A stretch of DNA of 64,000 nt from Nannocystis bainbridge (GTDB taxonomy: Bacteria; Myxococcota_A; Polyangia; Nannocystales; Nannocystaceae), in NCBI RefSeq assembly GCF_028368995.1, contig NZ_JAQNDL010000001.1, positions 2,816,001 to 2,880,000 on the forward strand, in the 5' to 3' direction. Below, in pieces: positions 1 to 8,359 of this stretch. The translations under genes were made by a program, and so were the position numbers. Positions within the stretch are counted from its first letter, which is position 1; each line of letters starts with the position of its first letter. The notes below the pieces were generated by a model. The model saw only the letters and a program-made list of their open reading frames with translations, did no database searches and was not told where the DNA came from.

Positions 1-315
1 CTCGCCGATCTCCCCGTCACGAGCGATCCCCTCGGCACTTCACCGCTCTCCGCCGAGTCCCCCGCCAGCGACGATTCGCCGCCGCAGCCCCTCGCCGATC
101 TCCCCGTCACGAGCGATCCCCTCGCTACTTCACCGCTCTCCGCCGAGACCCCCGCCAGCGACGATTCGCCGCCGCAGCCCCTCGCCGACCTCAACGCCCC
201 GAGCGATCCTCTCGACACCGCACCGCTCTCTGCCGAGTCTCCCGCCGACGCCTTACCGCTCTCCGCCGAGTCTCCTGCCAGCGACGATTCGCCGACGCAG
301 TCCCTCGCCGATCTG
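1..315 (+). repeat. In-frame 90-bp (30-aa) tandem repeat
   Basis: Units start at 1, 91 and 181 (ctcgccgatctccccgtcacgagcgatcccctc...gacgattcgccgccgcagccc), then a degenerate copy. Confidence 0.9.
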
Positions 316-3300
316 CCCGCCGCCTCGACCGGAGACGAAGACCTTTCGACTCCATCCCTCGAAGCTCTCACGATCGATCTCGATGCCGATCGAGAAGCAT
401 CCCGAGTCCTCGACGCCCTCGACAACAGCGACGTCCAATCCCCCGTCGCGCCCGACGATCCACACGCCGCGCAGAGCCTCGGCATCGACACCGATCCCTC
501 CATTGCGCCGGACGACCGAACAGCTTCGAGCGCTCACCACCCTCTCGGCATTTCCCCGCCCGCTCCCGCCGACGACCTCGCAGAAGTTCCTCGACCTGCC
601 GATTCCGCGGCAACCGCTCCTACCCCAGAGCCCGCGCACCCCGGCGATTCTTCCGCCCTCCCGCCGGGCGACGAACCCCCCTCCCGCCTCTCCGCCATCT
701 CCCCCCCGCGGCCGCCTCCGCACCGCGAGACGCCCCCTGCTCTCCCCTTCTCGGCCGTTCCGCCCGACTACGCCGACGACGAAGCATCGAAGCCTGGCGA
801 CTCGCTCACCTCCCTGACCAGCCTCGCCGCCCACGACCTGAGCCGGCCCTCGCGCCCCGCCGAAGCCACGGACCCCGCCGATTCCCTCACCGCCATCGGC
901 CTCCCTGCCGATTCCCTCACCGGCTTGCAATCGCACCACCTCGAGGCCGTCGACGCTTCCGCCTCCCTCGACCCGGCTGACTCGCTTACTGCCATCGCCG
1001 AGCTCGAGTCCAGCGATTCCGGCGCCTACGCGTCCCTCGACGCCGAAGCTCTCCCCAGCGCCCCCCCCGACTCGCTCACCGCCCTCGACCCCGCCGGCGC
1101 TGCCATCTCCTCGAGCGACCCCGCCGCCTCGCTCAACCCGGCTTCACCCGCCTCCAGCGACCCCCTCCCGAGCGAACCCTCCGACTCGCTCCCTGCCCCC
1201 GACAGCGCAGCCGACTCTCCGAGCGACCCCTCCGACTCGCTCCCCGCGCTCGCCTCCCAACATTCCGCCAGCCCCCCTCTCTCGAGCGACCCGCCCGACC
1301 CGCTCCTCGCCTCGCACGACTCCGCCAGCGCCGACTCGCGCCTCTCATCTTCTTCGCCAGAGTCCTCGCCCGGCGTCCTCGCCCCCCTGCCCGCCGCTCC
1401 CCGCGAATCACACGAACCCGCCAGCGCCTCCTCTGCCTCGCACACCGCCCCGTCCGACGCGACCCCCCTCTCGCGCCTCCTCTCGGCCGCCCTGCCCCCG
1501 CAGGACCCTTCTCCTGCCGAGTCCCTCACCTCTCTCGCCGTCCTCGACGACGACGACGACGAAGGCGACCCTGAGACCCCGACGCCGCCTCCGCGGCCCG
1601 CCCGGCTGCTCTCCTACCTCATCGACGAAGACGCCGACGAATCGACCGCCCCTCCGCGCCTCGAATCGACCCTCGCCGCCCCCCAGCCCGATCAATCGAT
1701 CGTCAGCGACGCCGCCCATCGCTCCTCCGATCCGCCTCTGCTCGTCCAGCCGCCGATGTTGCCCGCGCTCGAGGACGCAGCCCCCCTCTATCGCTTGAGC
1801 GCCCCCCCACAGCCCGTCCAGGACGGCCCGCTGATCCTCAGCATCCCCCTCGTCGATCTCACCGCGACTGCCACTGCTCCGTACGGCGACGACGCCCTCC
1901 TCGACGACGCACGCGCCGCCCCACCCGGGCCCGCCCCGCGCCCCGAGTCACGGCCCTCCGTCCGCCAGCCGCCGCGCCCGCCCTCCGCCGGAGCCCCGCG
2001 CGCGACCTCTCGCCCCGCCTCCGCCCCGCTCCCCGAAGCCCCGGTCCCCGGAGCCCCGCGCGCGACCTCTCGCCCCGCCTCCGCCCCGCTCCCCGAAGCC
2101 CCCGCCTCCGCCCCGCACCCATCCTCCCATTCCCTCGGCACCACCATCACCACCGAGTCGCAGCCCGCCCCCGAATCCTCGCCCTCTCCCGCCCCCGTCG
2201 ATTCGCCGGCTCAGCCTCAGCCCTCCCGCGAATCGCTCGACTCCCACGATTCCACCCCCCAGCCACCGCCCACCGAATCCTCGAGCCACGATTCGCCGCT
2301 CGCCTCGGCCCTCCCGCGCTGGTCCGCCCCTCACCTCATCCCCTCGCCGGTCCCGCTCCTCACCCCCACCACGCCGACCGGCGCCCCCTCCGCCTGGATC
2401 CTTCCCCACCCGATCCTCGCCAAGCCCGGCCCTGCAGGCCCGCTCCCGCCGATCACCAATCCGTACCCGCGGCCCTTCATTCCGCCCGGCACCCTCGCTG
2501 CCATCGGTCTAGCCAATCGGCCCGGCCCTGCCGTCATTCCCGGCGCTGGCCCGACGCACACCCCACAGCCGCTCGTCACGCCGATCGTCATTCAGCAGCC
2601 TCCCGCGCCCCCCGAGCCCACCGCCCTCCCCGACCTCGGCCTGCTCACCCCTCCCGAGCCCGACGCCCCGCGCGGCGAGGCCCCTTCTCTCGTCCCCGAG
2701 CTCGAAGTCCTGCTGCGCGACGCCGCCATCCCGAGCCCGCGCCGGCGCGAGGGCTCCGCCCCGCTGGTCGCCCCCGCCCGCCGCGAGCCCTCGAGCGCCC
2801 ACGCCGTCCCCACCTCCCTCGCCCGCCGCGAGCCCTCGAGCGCCCACGCCGTCCCCACCTCGCTCACCCGCCGCGAGCCCTCGAGCGCCCACGCCGCTCC
2901 TGCCCTCGTCCCCACCCTCGACGCCCTCGAATTCGACTCGCCCGGCGGCCCGCGCCCCAAGCGGTCGCTGCCCAACCTCATCCCCGAGCCTGGCACGCCG
3001 ATCACCGTCAGCCTCGACCGCCCGCTCGCCGACATCCCGCGGCGCGCCTCGCTGCTGCCCAACCTGATCCCCGAGCCCGGCGCCACCACCCCGCAGCCGT
3101 TCGAGCGCCCCCTGCTGCTCTCGGACCCTGCCCGCCGCGATCCGCCCGCCGGCGACACGCCTGTCCCCAGGGACATATCACCTGTCTCTCGGGACATCCC
3201 GCTCGTCCTCCGCGACACCTTGCTCGACCCGCGCGAGACGGTCCCTGGCCCCCGCGACACACCTGTCCTCAAGGACATCTCATCCGCGCCCACGCAGGGC

Positions 3301-5418
3301 CTCCCGTCCCTCCTGCGCATGGGCCTCGCCGTCACCCAGCCCGCCGCCGTCAAGCCTGCCCCGGCCCAGCCGACCAACCTCCCGCCGCCTCGCCTGCCGC
3401 CGCTGCGCCTGGCCCCGAGCACGCGCGACCGCTGGCTGAGGCTCGGCGTCGTGCTCGCCGCCCTCGCCTTCCTCGGCGCCGTCGCCTCGCGCCTCCTCTT
3501 CCGCGGCGACGCGGCCGGGGTCGAAGGGCGCGCTGGCGATGCACCCCCCGCCGAGCCGCCCAGCCAGCCCCCGCCCGCGCCGCCCGTCGTCCCGCCCGAG
3601 CCGCGCGAGCCCGCCGTCGTCACCCCGCCCGCGCTCGCTCTCGGTGATTGCCCCGACGCCCCCGATCCCGCGATCGGCCTGCTCGTCGCCCCCTTCGCCC
3701 CGCTCGCCGGCGAGCCGCTGCGGATCTTCGCCGCCACCCTCGCCGACGACATCTCGCTCGACCTCCACCTGCTCGCCCCTGACGCCCCCGGCCGCGCGCT
3801 CGACGTGCGCGTCCACCTCGGCACCCCGTCCTCCGCCGTCGCCGAGTACACCCCCGCGGTCGCCGGCGAGTACACCGTCGCCGTCGTCCGCGACGGTCGC
3901 CCCGTCACCTGCTCCAAAGTACAGGTCCTCACCGAGCCGCCGCAGCGGCCCCCGTTCGCCGCCAAGGGCCGCGCCTGGGCGGTCGAGCGGGCCTGGAGCC
4001 CCGCCGAGGAGGCCCTCTACAGCGCCTGGGTGCGCCAGCTTTTCACCGCCGACCCCGCCGGCCTCGCTCGCCTCGACGTCGCCACCACCGACCCCGCGCG
4101 CAACCTCCTCCACGACGCGCTCGGCCTCCGCGAAGATCGGGCCGACAACCCGCTCGCCCTCCGCCTCGATCCCGACGGCGCCGACCTCCCCTACGTCGTG
4201 CGCGCCTACTGGTCGTGGAAGCGCCGGCTCCCGTTCGCCTATCGCAAGTGCCAGCGCGGCGGCGAGGGCAAGGCTCCGCGCTGCGGCGAGGCCCGCACCA
4301 ACCTCGAGCCCGGCTCCGGCTTCACCATGCCCGCGACCGAGCTCGCGCGGGTCCAGCGGTTCCTCCACCGCAACCTCGGCTGGGGCGTGCACGCCGGCAA
4401 TCCGCGCACCGCCGTCACCGACTCCGTCTCCGATCTCTACCCCGTGCGCCTCGACCATCGCGGCCTGCGACCCGGCGCCGTTTATGCCGACCCGTACGGC
4501 CGCGTCTTCCTGATCGTCGACCTCGTGTCCGCTCACGGCGACGGGCCCGGCGCGCTGCTGGCCGTCGATGGCGGGCCTGACGGCAGCATCGTCCCGCGCC
4601 AGTTCTGGGAGGGCCTGTTCCTGTGGGACACCGCGCCCGAGCATGGCGGCGTCGGCTTCAAGCAGTTCCGCCCGGTCGTGCGCCAGCCCGGCGGCGGCCT
4701 GGTCCAGCTCGACAACGCCGCGCTGCTCGAAGCACCTGACCTCGGGGACATCTGGACCGGCCACGCCGAGCTGGCCGGCACCGCCTTTTACGACGCCGTC
4801 ACCGCCCTGCTCGAGCCGCCGCCGTGGGACGCCTCGCGGCGGCAGCGCGAGGCCGTCGCCGCCTTCGCCGAGCTCGCGCGCGAGCGCATCGACCCGGTCG
4901 CGCGCGCCGCCGAGTTCGCCCGCGATCGCAAGCGGGCGATCGCCATGCCGAAGGGCTGGCAGGTGTTCGAGGCCACCGGCGCGTGGGAGAGCTACTCGAC
5001 CCCCGGCCGCGACCTCCGCCTCCTGCTCGCCCTCGACGTCGTGCGCGGCCTGCCCGACCGCGTGCGCGAGCGACCCAACCTCTACGCCACCGACGGCGAC
5101 CCCGAGGCCCGCGCCCGCGCCCTCGAAGGTGAGCTCGAGGCCCTGCTGCGCGACCCGCAATACGCCATCACCTACACCCGCAGCGACGGCAGCCCGTGGA
5201 CCCTCCACCTGCGCGACCTCGTCGACCGCGAGGCCGCGCTCGAGGCCGCCTACAACCCCAACGACTGCCCCGAGCTGCGCTGGGGCGCCCCCGAGGGCAG
5301 CGACGAGCTCTCGACCTGCAGCTTCCGCGCCCCCGCCGACCAGCGCGCCCGCATGAATGCCTATCGCCCCTGGCTGCACGAGCGCCGCCCGCCCCTGCGC
5401 GGCGACAAGAAGCCCTGA
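1..5418 (+). CDS. Very large protein, 5' end outside the window: Pro/Ser/Asp-rich low-complexity N-terminus, one TM helix, C-terminal extracytoplasmic domain of unknown function
   Basis: Frame 1 is open from base 1 (LADLPVTSDPLGTSPLSAESP...) into the 925..5418 ORF, so the start lies upstream. TM segment LGVVLAALAFLGAVA at about 3440-3500. Globular C-terminal part has WSPAEEALYSAW, ADLPY..RAYW.WK..LPF, YADPYG and YNPNDCPE.RWGAP motifs. Confidence 0.8.
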   Translation, partial: LADLPVTSDPLGTSPLSAESPASDDSPPQPLADLPVTSDPLATSPLSAETPASDDSPPQPLADLNAPSDPLDTAPLSAESPADALPLSAESPASDDSPTQSLADLPAASTGDEDLSTPSLEALTIDLDADREASRVLDALDNSDVQSPVAPDDPHAAQSLGIDTDPSIAPDDRTASSAHHPLGISPPAPADDLAEVPRPADSAATAPTPEPAHPGDSSALPPGDEPPSRLSAISPPRPPPHRETPPALPFSAVPPDYADDEASKPGDSLTSLTSLAAHDLSRPSRPAEATDPADSLTAIGLPADSLTGLQSHHLEAVDASASLDPADSLTAIAELESSDSGAYASLDAEALPSAPPDSLTALDPAGAAISSSDPAASLNPASPASSDPLPSEPSDSLPAPDSAADSPSDPSDSLPALASQHSASPPLSSDPPDPLLASHDSASADSRLSSSSPESSPGVLAPLPAAPRESHEPASASSASHTAPSDATPLSRLLSAALPPQDPSPAESLTSLAVLDDDDDEGDPETPTPPPRPARLLSYLIDEDADESTAPPRLESTLAAPQPDQSIVSDAAHRSSDPPLLVQPPMLPALEDAAPLYRLSAPPQPVQDGPLILSIPLVDLTATATAPYGDDALLDDARAAPPGPAPRPESRPSVRQPPRPPSAGAPRATSRPASAPLPEAPVPGAPRATSRPASAPLPEAPASAPHPSSHSLGTTITTESQPAPESSPSPAPVDSPAQPQPSRESLDSHDSTPQPPPTESSSHDSPLASALPRWSAPHLIPSPVPLLTPTTPTGAPSAWILPHPILAKPGPAGPLPPITNPYPRPFIPPGTLAAIGLANRPGPAVIPGAGPTHTPQPLVTPIVIQQPPAPPEPTALPDLGLLTPPEPDAPRGEAPSLVPELEVLLRDAAIPSPRRREGSAPLVAPARREPSSAHAVPTSLARREPSSAHAVPTSLTRREPSSAHAAPALVPTLDALEFDSPGGPRPKRSLPNLIPEPGTPITVSLDRPLADIPRRASLLPNLIPEPGATTPQPFERPLLLSDPARRDPPAGDTPVPRDISPVSRDIPLVLRDTLLDPRETVPGPRDTPVLKDISSAPTQGLPSLLRMGLAVTQPAAVKPAPAQPTNLPPPRLPPLRLAPSTRDRWLRLGVVLAALAFLGAVASRLLFRGDAAGVEGRAGDAPPAEPPSQPPPAPPVVPPEPREPAVVTPPALALGDCPDAPDPAIGLLVAPFAPLAGEPLRIFAATLADDISLDLHLLAPDAPGRALDVRVHLGTPSSAVAEYTPAVAGEYTVAVVRDGRPVTCSKVQVLTEPPQRPPFAAKGRAWAVERAWSPAEEALYSAWVRQLFTADPAGLARLDVATTDPARNLLHDALGLREDRADNPLALRLDPDGADLPYVVRAYWSWKRRLPFAYRKCQRGGEGKAPRCGEARTNLEPGSGFTMPATELARVQRFLHRNLGWGVHAGNPRTAVTDSVSDLYPVRLDHRGLRPGAVYADPYGRVFLIVDLVSAHGDGPGALLAVDGGPDGSIVPRQFWEGLFLWDTAPEHGGVGFKQFRPVVRQPGGGLVQLDNAALLEAPDLGDIWTGHAELAGTAFYDAVTALLEPPPWDASRRQREAVAAFAELARERIDPVARAAEFARDRKRAIAMPKGWQVFEATGAWESYSTPGRDLRLLLALDVVRGLPDRVRERPNLYATDGDPEARARALEGELEALLRDPQYAITYTRSDGSPWTLHLRDLVDREAALEAAYNPNDCPELRWGAPEGSDELSTCSFRAPADQRARMNAYRPWLHERRPPLRGDKKP
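1989..2104 (+). repeat. In-frame 60-bp duplication (GAPRATSRPASAPLPEAP x2)
   Basis: Near-identical sequence on the lines starting 1981 and 2041. Confidence 0.9.
2775..2897 (+). repeat. In-frame 45-bp repeat x3 (RREPSSAHAVPTSL)
   Basis: cgccgcgagccctcgagcgcccacgccg occurs three times at 45-bp spacing. Confidence 0.9.
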
Positions 5419-5437
5419 GGCCGCGCCGACCGGCTGA

Positions 5438-5910
5438 GCGCATGTCCCATAGGACATGTTTCATTGAACATGCTCGATGGGACATCGACGCCGCGCCGAC
5501 GCCGGTACCTGTGCGTCCGCGCGGCCGAATCCCCTGCGACTTTTTTTAAAGAAAATGCCCGATTGGACATGTCACCCACGCTGCCCGACGCCGGCACCCG
5601 TGCGTCCGCGCGGTCGAAATTCCCTGCGACACGCTTTATAGGACATGCTCGATGGGACATGTAAAACACTGGCCGACGCCGGCACCTGTGCGTCCGCGCG
5701 GCCCAATCCCCTGCAACATTCTTCAGAAAATGCTCGATTGGACATGTCACCCACGCTGGCCGGCGCCGGCACCTGCGCGCCCTCGCGGGAGAATTCTCCT
5801 TCAACATGTCTCCTAGGACATGCTCGATGGGACATATAAAAAACCCTGGCCGGCGCCGAACCTGCGCGCCCGCGTGGTCGAATCCCATCACATGTCCCCT
5901 GGGACATCGC
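5438..5910. repeat. Intergenic degenerate tandem array, about 87-bp period, five units, containing phased GGACATGTCC-like decamers
   Basis: atgc(t/c)cgat(g/t)ggacat recurs near 5470, 5555, 5645, 5730 and 5820. Each copy is followed by a gccgacgccggcacctgtgcgtccgcgcggccgaatcccctgcgac-like cassette. Confidence 0.9.
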
Positions 5911-6231
5911 CATCCGACAAGCCCTCGAGGTCGCCGCTCGCGAGCCGCTCCCGCCGGCCCGCCGCTCCAGCCTCGACGCGCGCCTGCGAGCCGTCCGCGA
6001 CCGTCGCCGCGCCGCCGGCCGAACCGCAGGTCACCCACCCATCATTCTCCCGCGCGCGAACCCACTCCCCCGAGCCCCCGTCGCCGAGCGATTTCGTCGC
6101 CGCGCACGTCTCCACTCGTGCAACCGTCAATCGGCACACCGTTCCGCGCGCCCGCGCCGGCTTCCGTCACGCCCTCCTTCCTGGCACCCTCTTAAAAAGT
6201 AACAAGCATACGCGCCTGGTAGGAGGCCGCC

Positions 6232-7290
6232 GTGTTCGACTCTGTCGTCCTCGACATCGCCATCGGACTGATCTTCGTGTTCCTCGCCACCAGCCTGGCG
6301 ATCACCGCCGGCAACGAGCTGCTGGCCTCGCTCTTCAAGTGGCGCGCCAAGGACCTCGCCGCCGGCCTGCGCCTGCTCGTCGGCCGCGAGGACGGCGAAG
6401 CCCGGACCGGCCAGCCCGACATCACCCGCGCCCTTTATCAGCACCCGCTGCTGCGCGGCCTCCACCGCGACGCCGCCACTGGTGGCGACAGCAAGGCCCC
6501 CTCCTACATCCCGCCGCGCATGTTCGCCATGGCGCTGCTCGACATCGCCTTGCGCCCGGCTGACGGCACCGGCCAGCTCGTCGCCGGCAACATCGCCGAG
6601 ATGCGGGCCCAGATCGAGTCGAAGCGCCCCGAGCTCGGCAATCGCGTCACCGACACCCTGCTGACATTCGTCAATCACGCCGAGATCGACGCCCGCACCG
6701 CCGTCAACCAGCTCGACCATCTTCAGCGCGACGTCGAGACCTGGTTCAACGCCGGCATGGGCCGCGTCAGCGAGGTCTACCGTCGACGGGCCCAGCTGTG
6801 GAGCACCCTCCTGGCCTTCTTCTTCGTCGCCGCCCTCAACCTCGACGCCATCCGGATCACCCGCTCGCTCGCCAACGACCCGGTCCTCCGCGCCTCGCTC
6901 ATCGCCCAGGCCACCGAGGCCGTCAAGCAGGAGACCCCGCCCGCGCAGCCCACCCCGGCCGCCGCCCCGCCGCGGGCCGGTCTGCCCAGCGCTCCCGCCG
7001 AGACCGCCCCCTCGGCCACCGCCGGCGCCTTGCGGCAATTGCAGACCGACATCGGTACCATCAATCAACTGGGCATCCCCGTCGGCTGGGAAGACAACCC
7101 GCCCCAGCCCAGCACCTGGTGGTGGATCAACAAGGTCCTCGGCCTGCTGCTCACCGGCCTCGCCGCCTCGCTCGGCGCCCCCTTCTGGTTCGACGTGCTC
7201 AAGAAGGTCAGCAGCCTTCGCGCCGCCGGTCGCATGCCGCCCCCGCCCGACACCACCAACCCCCGCCGCGATCCACCCGACCCCGCCTGA
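6232..7290 (+). CDS. Hypothetical multi-pass membrane protein
   Basis: GTG start with AGGAGG just upstream. N-terminal hydrophobic helix LDIAIGLIFVFLATSL, PSYIP motif, C-terminal GLLLTGLAASLGAPFWFDVL. Confidence 0.85.
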   Translation: MFDSVVLDIAIGLIFVFLATSLAITAGNELLASLFKWRAKDLAAGLRLLVGREDGEARTGQPDITRALYQHPLLRGLHRDAATGGDSKAPSYIPPRMFAMALLDIALRPADGTGQLVAGNIAEMRAQIESKRPELGNRVTDTLLTFVNHAEIDARTAVNQLDHLQRDVETWFNAGMGRVSEVYRRRAQLWSTLLAFFFVAALNLDAIRITRSLANDPVLRASLIAQATEAVKQETPPAQPTPAAAPPRAGLPSAPAETAPSATAGALRQLQTDIGTINQLGIPVGWEDNPPQPSTWWWINKVLGLLLTGLAASLGAPFWFDVLKKVSSLRAAGRMPPPPDTTNPRRDPPDPA

Positions 7291-7331
7291 ATCGACGCGC
7301 TCGTGAGCCCCCCACCCCGCGGAACCAACGC

Positions 7332-8009
7332 ATGACCATGTCGCCCCTCTCCCGTCCGTGGCGCCACCTGCCGCTCTTCGCGTGCGTGCTGGCCGGCTGC
7401 CCGCAGGTCTACACCCAGGGCACCACCACCGAGGCCGGCACCTCCACCGGCGAGCCCGCCACCACGGAGCCCGCCGACCCGAGCGCCAGCGGTACCACTC
7501 TCGGTTCGACCGCCGGCGAGCCCACCACCACGACCACCGGCCCCGTCGACCCCACCACGGGCGAGCCCGCCACCACCGACGAGCCCGCGACGACCGCCAC
7601 CTCCACCACCGGCGACGACACGACCACCACCGGCACCACCGGCACCACCGGCGAGCCCGACCCGGGCCTCATGGGCGAATGGGGCCACGCCTGCGAGAGC
7701 GACGACGACTGCGCCGCGATCCTCGGCGACAAGGCCGTGTGCATGACCGACATCCTCGGCTTCTACACATTGCCCGGCGGCTACTGCACCAAGGAGTGCA
7801 CCCTCCCCGACGCCATGACCTTCTATCAGCCCGGCAACCCCACCTGCGCCCCCGATGCCATGTGCATCGGCGCCTCCGGCTACTTCGAGGCCTGCGCCAT
7901 CGAATGCACCGAGAACAGCCAATGCCCCCGCGAGGGCTACGAGTGCCGCCTGCTGCCCCAGATCGGTCAACCCGGCGACCCGCTGTTCTGCCTGATGATC
8001 GACGAATGA
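7332..8009 (+). CDS. Lipoprotein with Thr-rich linker and Cys-rich C-terminal domain
   Basis: Signal and lipobox LFACVLAG-C, long T/G/E linker, then C-x-S-D-x-D-C...GGYCT...C-x-E-x-S-x-C pattern. Confidence 0.85.
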   Translation: MTMSPLSRPWRHLPLFACVLAGCPQVYTQGTTTEAGTSTGEPATTEPADPSASGTTLGSTAGEPTTTTTGPVDPTTGEPATTDEPATTATSTTGDDTTTTGTTGTTGEPDPGLMGEWGHACESDDDCAAILGDKAVCMTDILGFYTLPGGYCTKECTLPDAMTFYQPGNPTCAPDAMCIGASGYFEACAIECTENSQCPREGYECRLLPQIGQPGDPLFCLMIDE

Positions 8010-8220
8010 TTCTTCAAATAATGCTTCCCGCTGGCACGGCGCAGGCTCCCTGCATCTCGCCATCGTTCTGCCTGATGATCGACGAATGATCCTGTAGTCC
8101 ATGCCTCCGCCTGCATGGCGCAGGCTCCTTGCATCTCGCCATCGTTCTGCCTGACGATCGACGAATGATCCTGTAGTCAATGCCTCCGCCTGCATGGCGC
8201 AGGCGCCCTGCATCTCGCCC
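7985..8220 (+). repeat. Three tandem copies of a 79-80 bp unit that starts with the last codons of the lipoprotein gene
   Basis: gttctgcctga(t/c)gatcgacgaatgat begins at 7985, 8065 and 8144. Each unit ends ...gcaggc(t/g)cc(c/t)tgcatctcgcc. Confidence 0.92.
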
Positions 8221-8359
8221 TCTCGTGTCGACGGACACGCGCGGAATCGGTGACCCGGTCGATCTTCGTGCATCGTCGGCGTCGGCGCGGCACGACCCGG
8301 GCGCCCCGATGCCAAATCGGCGAGATGCGGGTAGCCTGCTCGCCGTGCTGCCGACGCGC

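Noticed and set aside
5438-5910. CRISPR array
   Set aside because: The units are degenerate, the would-be spacers resemble each other, and there are no cas genes in the window.
7985-8220. Mini-CRISPR
   Set aside because: The whole 79-80 bp unit repeats, so there are no unique spacers.
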